A DNA stretch of 64,000 bases from Octopus bimaculoides (Eukaryota). Numbering within the stretch: the first letter of the stretch is position 1; each line of letters begins with the position of its first letter. Shown here piece after piece: positions 53,646-64,000 of the stretch. Where the stretch lies: positions 62,757,910 through 62,821,909 of the forward strand of contig NC_068993.1 in NCBI RefSeq assembly GCF_001194135.2, written 5' to 3'. The notes under the pieces are model-generated. The model searched no databases. It had not been told where the DNA came from and saw only the letters and a program-made list of their open reading frames with translations. The translations under genes and the position numbers were made by a program.

Positions 53646-56600
53646 CAGTTTCTGATGAATATCATATTGTATTCATGGGTGTGTTAGAGAGAGGGTGGGA
53701 AATGAGAAAATTTATACATAGAGAGAGAGATGTGAAGTCATGTATTGAAACAGATATTGTATTTTGGGATAGTCACTTTGGTTTGTTTTTTTTTGCCAAA
53801 TAAACACACGCACTATATATTCATTCTTCACTCGCTTATTACTGTCCTTATTCTAACTGATGACCATTGTCTGGAAATCTTTCATCACACATCTGTGACC
53901 TCCTCAGCAACACTTTCTGTCTTCATGCGTGCTCTTGCTCTGCTTATTCCATTCTGTTCTCTTATGATGTGTATCCTTATATGCGCTTGCGCCTGTGTGT
54001 GTGTCATTGCTCTTAGTAGCACTATGACCCTCCCCTCAGGGGCATAAACACATCAACATCAGTTTGTCAAGCGATGGTGGAGGGACAAACAGACACAAAC
54101 ATAGATATATACATATGCATATATATGACAAGCTTCTTTCAGTTTCCATCTACCAAATCCACTCACAAAGCTTTGGTTGGCCTGAGCCTATAGTAGAAGA
54201 CACTTGCCCAAGGTGCCATGCAGTGGGACTGAACCCAGAACTATGTGGTTGGGAAGCAAGCTTCTGACCACACAGCCATGGTGGCACCTAAACAATATAA
54301 ATAAATAAGTATTACATTGAACAGAGTAATCTGAATGCAAAAGGGTTAAAACAATTTTTTCCTTTTTAAAAATATAATTTCATGAATTCAGAGCTGAACC
54401 ATTTCATTTCATTTCTTCATGTTCGCTGGCAAGTACGCTTGGCTGAAGTTAACAGCTCAAAATCCTTGGTTAGAATAATTAATTTTACCAAGACACAGTT
54501 ACACGCACACGCACACACACACACACACACACACATAAAGCAATGTTCTAATCTCTCCACACAAACACCCTTACAACTGATGGTTGGTACAGATTTACTT
54601 TTTGCTTGCCAGACACCGAAAGAGAGTGCTAAGGTCAGTCATTCATAGTTATTATCTGTCTTACAAGTGAATTAGCCGTACACAAGCTGTGCAAATATAT
54701 CACCCACTCGTAACACAATTAGCTTTTGTCAAAATACAAGAACAGATACCAGTTTGTGTTGTCAGTGTTCCTGGGGTTGTGTCTTTTGTTGTTTTTTTTT
54801 CTTTTACTTCAAAAAGTTACCAGAAAATTTTCCAACCATTTTTGATTCTTTTATTCAATTATTTAGGATCTTACCCATTTTATTTTTACATTTTGTGTAT
54901 ATATTTTTGTAGGTTTTATATTTACATTTTTTTAATCTCTCCGTATCTTGACCTGGATAGTATGTTGGTTCAGTAAATTTCAAATGCCTCATTCATATTA
55001 CTAGAGTTAGGAAGATTTAATTATTTCACAGCTACAAGTCCCCCACCCCTACCTCTGATAAATAGAAAGCTGCTTTTTTTTTTTTTTTTATCATTATTTA
55101 TTTTGAAGAAAAGCAATTCAATGAAAGAAGTCAACTTTGAAATCAACACAATACATCAGCATCTTCTTTACAACTGCTGAGTCTAGTCACAAAACTTACT
55201 ATTTATTTAGGGAAATTTTCTTTTTCTTCTTTTTAGTAGTCTTTCAACGTCCCCCACACATTTTTTTTTTTTAACTTCCTCTCTAATACAATTTCCAGTT
55301 GGATGCATCTACTCACTCGTAAAGGTAAATACTAGACTGAGAAAAACTAATAGATTATTCTATCTTGTCTCGAGAGGAGACTGTCGGGATGAACTTAGCA
55401 GAGAAAAAGAAGAAATATAACAGCAGAGAGGTAAGATCAGTTGATGCAGACGTCTGCAACAAGTAACTGCTGTGTATTTTGTCAGAGTCCAACATGATGA
55501 TGTATAAAACTTACTTGAGCATTATCTGACATCAAGACTGAGGTTTTGACTCACTGCAATGTTATTTTAAGAAAATGAACACTTATATCACCCACCATGT
55601 TCTAAATTATATTTACAGAATATAACTGAGGACTTATCAATAATTAAATCACATAGAGAGATGCCATCATCATCATCACCATCTATTTTCCATTTTAGAA
55701 GACATGAGATGCGGTGGTGAAGTATGACCTTCGAACGTTGGGCTTCATAGAGGCAATAACAAAAGACCGAGACCTCTGGACATATGCTATGATTGAGAAG
55801 ACCTGGCAAATAAAGTGAGTTCACAGCTGTAACCTACACCAGTGGTGCATAACCAGCCCACTCAAAAGTACCTTGACTCAATAGGTCTCCTCAAGCACAG
55901 CATGTCGCCCTACAATCCAAGTACATCAAAATCAAATGGAAATTATAGTTGTGATCCCCATACCGATGGCACGTAAAAAGCACCATCCGAACATGGGCAA
56001 TGCTAGCACCGCCTTGATTAGCTTCTGTGCCCGTGGCACATAAAAAAAGCACCCACTACACTCTCAGAGTGGCTGATGTAACGAAGGGCATCCAGCTGTA
56101 GAAACACTGCCAGATCAGATTGGAGCCTGGTGCAGCCTCCTGGCTTCCCAGACCCCAGTTGAACCGTCCAACCCATGCCAGCATGGAAAACGGATGTTAA
56201 ACAATGATGATGATGATGATGACTACACCTTTACCATTCTTTCCAGCTATTTCTACCTCCCCTTACATAATGCAAGGTAGCCATGTATCTCCTTCGTAAC
56301 AAGACACCAGTCCTGTCCCTCTCAACACCTCACATAAAGCCACCATCCTCTCCACCGCACTCTCAACTTAGTCAGTCGAGTGGGTTACCTCTTTGCATTG
56401 CAAGTACTCAGCAACCTCACTATTATTGCCAGTGCTGTGAAAAAAAAAATCACCTCATACGTGCTGTAAAGTGGTTGGTGTTAGGAAGAGCATCCAGTCG
56501 TAGAAACTAGGCTAATACAGACATTGGAGCATGGAGCAGTTGTCCAACTTGCTGCATCCTAAAGAATCATCCAACTTATGTCTGCAGGGAAGACAGATGG

Positions 56601-57123
56601 TGAATGATGATGATGATGATAATGTCATATTCGTATATTAGTACATACATACACACACACATGTATATATTTTTATATATAGTAAAAACTATATTCAATA
56701 AAAACAGAAAAAATTTGTCAACATCCACTTTTGACGTATCTATAAAGAAGGCTATATATAAAAAGGGACACCCACATAAATTCAACACACACAGACACAC
56801 ACACAAAATCATTCTACATAACACACAGCCAAACTAGGAGAAGGTCCTTGGTTATTGAAATAGATATCTGATAGCATAATGAGGAATTAATTCTGAAATG
56901 CTATGACAGTATCAATATACATCATTATTGATAGCTTCATGACTAAACACCAGTATTTTATTGCTATTAAACACCCACACCACACACAGATCAATGATGT
57001 ATTGCGCTAAATTCTAAAAGCTGATTTGCTACAAGGATGGGACCTTAAGACTAACCAGAAATAACTGGCATTTCTTTTATTACAAAATAATATTGTCTTC
57101 AATATAAACACATCAGTAAGTCT

Positions 57124-57197
<74 letters not shown>

Positions 57198-57632
57198 NNN
57201 NNNNNNNNNNNNNNNNNNNNNNNNNNNNNNNNNNNNNNNNNNNNNNNNNNNNNNNNNNNNNNNNNNNNNNNNNNNNNNNNNNNNNNNNNNNNNNNNNNNN
57301 NNNNNNNNNNNNNNNNNNNNNNNNNNNNNNNNNNNNNNNNNNNNNNNNNNNNNNNNNNNNNNNNNNNNNNNNNNNNNNNNNNNNNNNNNNNNNNNNNNNN
57401 NNNNNNNNNNNNNNNNNNNNNNNNNNNNNNNNNNNNNNNNNNNNNNNNNNNNNNNNNNNNNNNNNNNNNNNNNNNNNNNNNNNNNNNNNNNNNNNNNNNN
57501 NNNNNNNNNNNNNNNNNNNNNNNNNNNNNNNNNNNNNNNNNNNNNNNNNNNNNNNNNNNNNNNNNNNNNNNNNNNNNNNNNNNNNNNNNNNNNNNNNNNN
57601 NNNNNNNNNNNNNNNNNNNNNNNNNNNNNNNN

Positions 57633-57696
<64 letters not shown>

Positions 57697-58721
57697 TTAA
57701 AACTGAAAGTGGTTAATTGTGCAGAATTTTAATGTTTTGTTTGTAGGTTTTTATAAGGATATCCATCATAGTTTGGAAAATATCCAAATGATAATATTTA
57801 TTTGAAATAGCATATCAGTTTAAAGTCATTTATAGTCTTAATCATGCATTAAAACCAGGCTGCAAACCAGCCAGCAAGGGAGTCTCAATACAAATAAATG
57901 ACTTGCTAGAAATAGCAGTCAAATCTCCCTACCATCATAGAGGAGACTGTATGATCAAAACTGGGGCAGGTTTCCATATGATCTGCTCAATTAAATCTGA
58001 CCTGGGGTTAAACAACAACTACAACAACAATAACCAGGTTGCAGACTCAGTTCACTTAAAAACCTTACCTCAACTCTTTTTAAGGGGACAGGTTTAATCA
58101 ATTAAACTGAGCCCAATATTTGACTGCTACTTTATTTTATCAACCCCAGCAGAATGAAAGATAAAGTTGACATCAGCAGGATTTGAACACAGTATGTTAA
58201 GATACATCAATGACTTTTGCCAATCCACTATCTTTGGTTAATTATTTTCTCTATTTGTAACCCCACTGGCTCTTTGTAACACACCCATGCTTGAAAAGGC
58301 ACTGAGACTATATATATCGCTGACAGAGAAATCTCTGCTATCTACAGCCATGGATGGCGACCAATGACAAGGCTAAGGAAGGATGAAATCATGTGATCCA
58401 GTAGCTCCAGCGATGGTAGAAGTTGATTATCTCCTGCTAGCAATATAGACATGAGTGCTTATATGTACCACAAGTCAATTTGAGAGGTTCTCTCATAGAA
58501 AATAATGCAGTATTCTGTGTTCCAACTCAACGTCCACTTTTAAGTGGGGATAAATATGTTTTGGTATTAAAACTGCTTCTATCACTGATAATTATTTTTT
58601 AAATAAAAAGACATCTAACATTGGTTGACAGAAGGATGCTAGGGAAGAGTACATTCAAATGGAAAGGCTGTAGCACTTTGTTTTACCATTACAAGAGATG
58701 GCATGCTACACAAAATTGCAT

Positions 58722-58770
<49 letters not shown>

Positions 58771-60815
58771 TATCGTTGCTATTATGTTAAACTGTCATGT
58801 GTCCAAATTTGGCCAAACACAGTTTTTTTTCAATATTTCATTTTGCTTGCAATAGCCAGTTCTTTTGGTCAAACTATCATATCTCTAGCTGCTTCAGATG
58901 CCAAGATATGAAAATTGTCAAAGTGTAGTACAATGGTTTAGCATTACTTAGAAGTGTAGTAAGTCCCACATACGACAGTTTTGAAAAACTATTTCTAGCT
59001 GAAAATATCATACATGCAGGGAGTTACGATTTTATGCACCAAACAAAGTATTATTGTTAAGCGGAAACTGTTGCTAATATAAAAAAAAAATGGAATGGTG
59101 AAACTATTTTTTTCATTTTCTGAAAAAGCAGCGTTTTGGATTTATGACACTTTTGCATAATGGTAACGACACACACACACACCCACACCCCCACATGGTG
59201 TACTTTCCTGTTGCAGATGACAGATGAAGGTTCAGCAACTTCTGTGGAACACTTGTGGTCAAATGTTGGTGCTGCACATTTGATCACTGCCTCCATCACA
59301 TCAATGCTGCATGTAGAGGTACACTGTGTGCCACATGTCAGATGCCAAAGCAACATGAAATTAAATGTAGTGTTTTGCACAAGAACACAATGCAACACCC
59401 AGTCCAAGAATTGAAACCACGACCTTGCAACTGTGAGTGCAACACTAAATTCTAAGCCACATGTCTTCATAGACACACACATGTATGAAGTGGTTATTCA
59501 AATATGAAAGCCTTAAAGTATTTCAATATCTCAAACCGACAGGAATTCAGTGTTAAATCTTTGCTGCTTCAAAGGTTTTATTGGAAGAAGTCTTCCACAT
59601 TTGCTCAATGGATGTCAGAAATCTTTTAATGGTTCACTTTTTGACATGCCTTTTGAAAATGTTTTCTGACTGGCTCAATAAATACAGGTTTTGAATTTTG
59701 GCACAGGATCAGTAATCTCAGGAATGATGATGACAATCGATCCCAGTGCCCAGCTGGTACTTATTTTATCAATCCCAAAAGGAAATCGACCCCTGGTGGC
59801 ATCTGAACCCAGAATGTAACTTTGGACAAAATGCTACTAAGCATTTTACCCAACATGCCAACGATTCTGTCAGCTCACCAAATACTGGCTGCTAGTCGAA
59901 CTTTAATCAAAAAGAGCTTGTTAAAAAATATCTATTAGCAAGAGAGGTAGTATTAATATGGTAATTACTGCAGTAAAGTTACTTCTGACAGAACATTCAC
60001 ATTTAAGTGGGGATATTACTAATCTAATAGCATACAAGAGTTATTTTTGTGCTCACATTTTGAGAACATTTTCTGTTGGCTTGAAAACATTTATGAATTC
60101 AGATATAATTCAGCCAAGAAAAGTTTATATATTTTGGCACTTTCATTCTAAGCTTTGGCAGGATTAGTGAAGGACCATTTACTTCAATATCATTTTCACT
60201 CAAACTAAAAAATATTGACACATTCTATATTATTTCTGCAAAAACTAATATAGAAGTAGAATTGTATCACACTGACCAGGCCAAAGTTTATGTGACAGGT
60301 GCCAAAAGATGTGAACTTTCTTTGGCAGAAAAAAAAAACATTTCAATTTAATGGAACAATTCAGAATGCAATGAAAACAAAGACTTAATCTCAAAATGTA
60401 CCAATAAATATTAATATCGCATGGAGAGATTCAGAGTTATAATCAAAGCGGTAGTGAACCCCCACCGCTATCAACCAATCACAGGAATACTGTGCATATG
60501 GTATAGAAGTTTTACAGCATAAATGGAGATCTGGCTACTATTTCTAGGACTCCATACACATACACACACATACATACAAAGAAAAAGAAAGAAAAAGCAC
60601 AGCAGCTGAAACAACAGTATCCTGTACTCATCTGTAGCGAAATTCCAAACATTTGAGATAGACCTTGTTTTAGAATATAAAGAAATCATGCAAAGTAATT
60701 CTGTGTCACCTGTAAAAGATTGGTAGCCGAGATACATTTAGGTAGATTACCCAACAAACTTGGTATCTACACAACCAAAATGTTGTATATATAGCACAGC
60801 AGAAAGGATCAACTG

Positions 60816-60868
<53 letters not shown>

Positions 60869-61688
60869 CAGATACCATCAGTGTTACTGTTTACATAAGA
60901 GTGAAAACAGTAAAAGGTAGTTTGGTAATGTGCCAAATCAATGAAGGTGTAATCTTGGGGGGGGGGGGGTTAGAAGAAAATATATGAAGTAACGAATGTG
61001 AAAATGTTGCAGAGGAGAGGGAAGGGGGTAGGTGAGAGCTTGGCCTTCAATTTCAGGCCCCAATTTTAATTATCAATGGTTCTGATTTTAACTCCTTCAC
61101 ATGATTAATATTCTGGCAAAAGACATGAAATCACAAAAATCCCATGTCCTCTTCTGTGAAGGATTTTGAATTTTGTATCAAACCCACCTCACTTTACACT
61201 CCCCTAAAATACCGTGGAAGTTGAAATAATGAAGGAAATAGAGAATTTGACCACATAAAATAGCAGCCAAATCTCCCTCGAATCACTATTTTCTTTATAG
61301 TTTCTGGTATACAGAAAGACATGATGGTCATGGTTGAAACACCTTTGATCATAAGTCTACCTGATTAGGACAGATTTGGAGTTAATCGACTTCTGTCCAG
61401 GTATTTTCAGATAGAAGTGAAATGAAAGAAACAAAACCCAAGATCCACAAGAAATAAAGATGTTAACCAATTTAGTCGAATCGTCTGCCAGATGATACAA
61501 CAAAAACAACTTACCTTTAATTTCTGCTGATGCAAAAGCATAGTGAAACCATTCCCGAACACTGGTAAAAGGGGGTGGCATATAATGGCCACGAGATAAC
61601 TTGCAAATAGTTGCCATATTCTTTTCGCTGATGTGTTGAGTGGTGTCGTGTCCAACACGGAAGGTGAGGTCTTGTACAATACAAGTTC
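40891..61688 (-). CDS. BLTP1: Bridge-like lipid transfer protein family member 1 (KIAA1109/Tweek/LPD-3), last five coding exons: join complement(61515-61688,48361-48537,45386-45514,42106-42262,40891-41098); 5' part outside window
   Basis: Hand-spliced exons all have AG/GT boundaries and compatible phases (1,1,1,2), giving one frame: TCIVQDLTFRVGHD...SVREWFHYAFASAEIK-DLDTFP...YSHDREIIFAFPSMQMHFKTKH...-EDKPIVECSFITEFEDHISVAMDAEVIWFLHDLVSSYIKEKDK-...DWRQFECKTWHLEPTVR-LVHWASRQIDPIGVDYILQKLGFSHARVTIPKWMQRGFMDPMDK...stop. Matches the human KIAA1109 C-terminus as I recall it (VECSVVTEFTDHICVTMDAELIMFLHDLVSAYLKEKEK; WHLEPTLRLISWTGRKIDPVGVDYILQKLGFHHARTTIPKWLQRGVMDPLDK). Confidence 0.96.
42106..42262 (-). 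CDS. BLTP1: BLTP1 penultimate exon (157 nt, phase 1/2): STARLGFNASTKANSGIKSPEMERKKLIVPTVALKQDWRQFECKTWHLEPTVR
   Basis: Acceptor ttttcctctgtctctAG, donor CG|GTATGT; DWRxFxCxTWHLEPT motif. Confidence 0.94.
43290..43478 (+). mobile_element. Family C tail copy
   Basis: aagcacccagtgcactttgtgaagtggttggc...ccatccaacccatgccagcatggaaaacagacgattatgatgat. Confidence 0.7.
44765..44945 (-). mobile_element. Family B SINE 3' half
   Basis: gctggagcactgcctttagtcgaacaagtcaatccccaggacttg...tcttttgctgaaccactaagtt...gttgtcaactgatgg. Confidence 0.75.
45386..45514 (-). CDS. BLTP1: BLTP1 exon (129 nt, phase 1/1): EDKPIVECSFITEFEDHISVAMDAEVIWFLHDLVSSYIKEKDK
   Basis: Acceptor gatttttgcAG, donor AAAA|GTAAGT; strongly conserved motif. 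Confidence 0.95.
46950..47115 (-). mobile_element. Family A SINE
   Basis: ggcacaaggcctgaaatttg...gtacttattttattgaccctggaaagatgaaagacaaagctgacctcagcagaatttgaactcagaac. Confidence 0.75.
48202..48314 (-). other. Candidate alternative terminal exon of BLTP1 (phase 1; GHCQVKVSVEDLTSGMLSGATALRQLDTVLSEVSSLA*)
   Basis: Strong acceptor (ctaac...tttttttttatttcAG) 46 nt downstream of the 48361 donor; open in the BLTP1 frame for 36 codons to TAG. No transcript evidence. Confidence 0.3.
48361..48537 (-). CDS. BLTP1: BLTP1 exon (177 nt, phase 1/1): DLDTFPAIQHDKPESPTEHKKSRKTQDYSHDREIIFAFPSMQMHFKTKHFQGEHEPSME
   Basis: Absent from the ORF track in this frame. Acceptor gttttacttccAG, donor GAAG|GTATGT. YSHDREIIFAFPSMQMHFKTKH matches recalled human YNHETETIFALPRMQLDFKSIH. 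Confidence 0.92.
49945..50285 (-). mobile_element. Family C tail copies (short piece plus longer copy)
   Basis: ttttccatgctggcatgggttggac at ~49955 and (cat)n-ttaatgtccgctgtccatgctggc...ctaatgccaaccactctgagagtg at ~50010-50180. Confidence 0.7.
50395..50757 (-). mobile_element. Family B SINE, full length
   Basis: cagtcatttgactgtggccatgctggggcaccgccttgaagg...aaacttcttaccacacagccatgcccgcacc. Confidence 0.85.
51903..52215 (+). mobile_element. Family B SINE, full length
   Basis: ggcatggctgtgtggtaagaagtttgc...gtggcaccttgggcaagtgtcttctactatagcc...ggtgccccagcatggccacagtctgatgactgaaa. Confidence 0.88.
52318..52500. repeat. Family F interspersed repeat (other copies near 9550-9745, 21770-21950, 43000-43150, 57905-58020, 61255-61370)
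   Basis: Recurring tatgatcaaagg.attcca.c..tgacca and gtgatttga.ggagattt.gctg.tatttc.agca segments in both orientations; class unknown. Confidence 0.6.
54062..54285 (-). mobile_element. Family B SINE
   Basis: cttctttcagtttccatctaccaaatccactcacaaagc...cacttgcccaaggtgccatgcagtgggactgaaccc...accacacagccatg. Confidence 0.85.
55698..56222 (+). mobile_element. 5'-truncated RTE-type LINE: ORF2 end, 3' UTR and (GAT)n tail
   Basis: 55699-55818 reads KT*DAVVKYDLRTLGFIEAITKDRDLWTYAMIEKTWQIK* (RTE KTWxxxVxxDL...DRxxW ending); the UTR ends ccaacccatgccagcatggaaaacggatgttaaacaa(tga)n. Confidence 0.75.
56440..56615 (+). mobile_element. Family C tail copy (decayed)
   Basis: gtaaagtggttggtgttaggaagagcatccagtcgtagaaac...(tga)n. 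Confidence 0.6.
59300..59465 (-). mobile_element. Another tRNA-headed SINE-like copy; a related head starts at the window end (63925-64000, +)
   Basis: Minus strand gtggcttagaatttagtgttgcactcacagttgcaaggtcgtggtttcaattc has A- and B-box-like segments; compare gtggcttcatggttgaggtatttgg...gggttcaattcc at ~63935. Confidence 0.5.
59690..59880 (-). mobile_element. Family A SINE, near full length
   Basis: tcgatcccagtgcccagctggtacttattttatcaatcccaaaagg...tgaacccagaatgtaac...ctaagcattttacccaacatgccaacgattctgtcagctcacc. Confidence 0.75.
61515..61688 (-). CDS. BLTP1: BLTP1 exon (174 nt, phase 1/1): TCIVQDLTFRVGHDTTQHISEKNMATICKLSRGHYMPPPFTSVREWFHYAFASAEIK
   Basis: Acceptor ttatttcccAG, donor AAAG|GTAAGT; resembles recalled human IVQTLDFHLGH...SVKEWFNYV. 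Confidence 0.9.
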
Positions 61689-63171
61689 CTGGGAAATAAT
61701 TTGAAAGCAAAAAAGAATTAGTTATGCAGAAGATATGGAATGCCTTGGAGAGAAATAACTGCATTAGCTCACTATACCCAACACCTGTACATCCTATGGC
61801 AAGCAGGAAGCCTCTATATTGATGTTTGGCTAGCCATAGATGCAATCCTCTGGTTCAGAGGAGTGGACTAAATACCTAACAATATTTATTTTCAGTTGGT
61901 TTTAGGTTCAGCCCCAATGCATGGCACCTTGGACAAATGAGGAGATTTGATAGACAGAAACTGAAAAAAAATCCATTGTGTGTGTGTGTAGTGGATTAGG
62001 GTCTTTAAATTGTTGCACGATAATTGTAGAAACAAGCATTATTGCCATACTAGGAATGTCTGACATTTCCGATCTTTCATAAAAATATGACCAGCAATGG
62101 GGAAATTGCTTGAAAGTGGGCAAGGGTTGGCAACAGGAAAGGAACCCAACCACAGAAAATTTGTCTCAATGAATTCTGTTTGACCCATGCAAGTATAGAA
62201 TTACAATAATCAAGTAAGTTTCCCATCCATCCAGTTGCAATAAGCCACCCAGTGCCATGATCCAACATGACCAGCACTATGGTGGGGATTTCTCCAACCA
62301 TATACTAGCGATGGGGATGAACACATTAACCTCAGAATCACAGAGGAATACTTCATTCAGAAGAAGACACCAAGCCTGAACCACTGTAATGAGGAAACAC
62401 ATCTACTGCTTCCAGGATCTTTAATCAGTACCAGCAATAGGCATCATCAAATAAGAACAAAAAAAACAAACGATTTCTGATAAACAACGATAGATTTGAA
62501 AGCACTAACAAGATAAAGTAACACCCAGCAACAAGGCTCTCTATATGTCACATGCCACGAGTAAGGTAAACTATTAATTTATCTGTCTGTCTATCTATTG
62601 ACCTGCCCTTCTGTCTGTCTGTCTTTACCTGCCTATGTCTACATCTACTTCTATATCCACAAACCTTTTATATATTCTTAATGTCTTACATCCGTGAACC
62701 TTTAAAACTTTTATATCCCTAAATCTTTCACAAAAATTAAAGCTCCACATATCCCCTTGTACTCTACTATTTTTAACTTTTTACTTAATCTTGTTTTATT
62801 TTATTTTATTTTATCTCACCTCCCCCACTTTATCTTCCTAACTTCTGCTGAAAGTGTTACCCTGTTATCTCACAAAGTTAAAAATATATAATCATGTATT
62901 TTCTTCCCAATAACACAGTCTCCCATCTAAAAAGAAACTATATTTTAATTGCGTTGTTGCAATAATATTTGAACATCATGGAAATTTTCTGAATCTTTTA
63001 AGACTCACAAAATACATAAACTGGTTTCCTTCTTAACTTGTAAACATTTTTGCTACTAAACAGTGTTTATGAGAAACTGATGTTAGCTCACATACTGACA
63101 ATTACAGTTTATTCTAACACATCATTAGCTGCTTTCATATATACATAGTCATACAAACGCATATTCAATTA

Positions 63172-63545
63172 AAAATGGCTGTGTGGTAAGTGGTTTGCTT
63201 ACCAACCACATGGTTCTGGGTTCAGTCGCACTGCGTGGCACCTTGGGCAAGTGTCTTCTACTATAACCACGGGCTGACCGAAGCCTTGTGAGTGGATTTG
63301 GTAGATGGAAACTGAAAGAAGCCTGTCATATATGTGTGTGTGTGTGTGTGTATGTGTGTGTGTCTGTTTCCCCACCATCGCTTGACAACTGATGTTGGTG
63401 TGTTTACATCCTCATAACATGGCAGATTGGCAGAAAACACCACTAGGATTAGTACTGGGGTGGATTTGTTCAACTGAACCTGTCAAGGCAGTACCCCAGC
63501 ATGGCCATATTCCAATGACTGAAACCAGTAAAAGAAACAAAAGAC
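63172..63545 (+). mobile_element. Family B SINE, full length
   Basis: atggctgtgtggtaagtgg...gtggcaccttgggcaagtgtcttctac...ccccagcatggccatattccaatgactgaaaccagtaaaaga. Confidence 0.88.
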
Positions 63546-64000
63546 TGCAAACTCTTCCTGTTTACCTTTGGCAATTTAATTACCTCCATATAAAACATGA
63601 CTTTGCCAAAATGTCTGCTGGCATTGCCACTTACCTTCATAGAATATCTATCACACTTTCAAAATCAATCGACTTATTCGAATATTAAAATTTGCAATAA
63701 CGTCCTCTCTCCTTAGCTTTCAGTTTCTCTAAGATCTTTTCCTTTGCCGCTAATTCTACAAACATTAATTATGACTGATTACATACACATACCTATCTGT
63801 ATTGATTAGTCGAACTGGGAATTTACTTATATGGTGTCAGCAGTTTTGATATCTATTGATTTTGATATTTATAGATTTAATTTTTGATGTGTGTGGGTTT
63901 TCAACTTTTTATTTAACATCCTAGTGAAAGAGTGTGGCTTCATGGTTGAGGTATTTGGTTCATAGTCGTAAGGCTATGGGTTCAATTCCTAGCTGTGCAT

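Larger units (their letters stand above)
2198..57632. other. 20 assembly gaps (about 7.5 kb of N), mostly opening or closing on microsatellites
   Basis: Examples: 3704-4646, 14448-15202, 30257-31099, 41203-41905, 53082-53582, 57198-57632. Confidence 0.97.

Noticed and set aside
60620-60711. Phase-1 acceptor and short frame GDTELLCMISLYSKTR in the large BLTP1 intron
   Set aside because: No convincing donor and no similarity; the 177-nt exon already supplies the expected sequence.
63635-63755. Exon-like segment on the minus strand (tttgtAG ... GAAG|GTAAGT; ELAAKEKILEKLKAKERGRYCKF*)
   Set aside because: Stops in all three frames and no BLTP1 similarity. A poison exon cannot be excluded, but such site pairs arise by chance.
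1-64000. Long ORFs in the track made of poly-X, poly-N/I/K/R/S or YI/VC/HT repeats
   Set aside because: They are translations of N-gaps and microsatellites, with no coding signal.

Overview
Gap-rich (20 N-runs, about 7.5 kb), microsatellite- and SINE-dense eukaryotic genomic DNA. The repeat families and the one recognisable gene point to a coleoid cephalopod, probably an Octopus draft assembly (inference, from recall, no search run). Nearly all ORFs in the supplied track are microsatellite or N-gap artefacts. The one clear protein-coding gene is the 3' end of BLTP1 (KIAA1109/Tweek/LPD-3) on the minus strand. I could splice five GT-AG exons by hand (61515-61688, 48361-48537, 45386-45514, 42106-42262, 40891-41098) into one open frame of about 280 aa ending at TGA; the rest of the gene lies beyond the right edge. 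The left ~33 kb has no supportable gene. It holds SINEs, decayed LINE pieces (RTE, R4/Dong-like), two long fold-back inverted repeats and a U6 snRNA-derived retrocopy. Best leads: (1) a U6 head lacking the ACAGAGA box, fused to the 3' tail of the local CORE-like SINE (a possible U6-headed SINE or chimera); (2) an in-frame candidate alternative terminal exon 46 nt downstream of a BLTP1 donor; (3) a fold-back with a degenerate hammerhead-like motif in each arm (possible Penelope-type relic); (4) a CpG-rich to CpG-depleted transition near 33-35 kb. No prokaryote-type system (CRISPR, operon) is supported. Repeat coordinates are approximate; exon coordinates were counted base by base.
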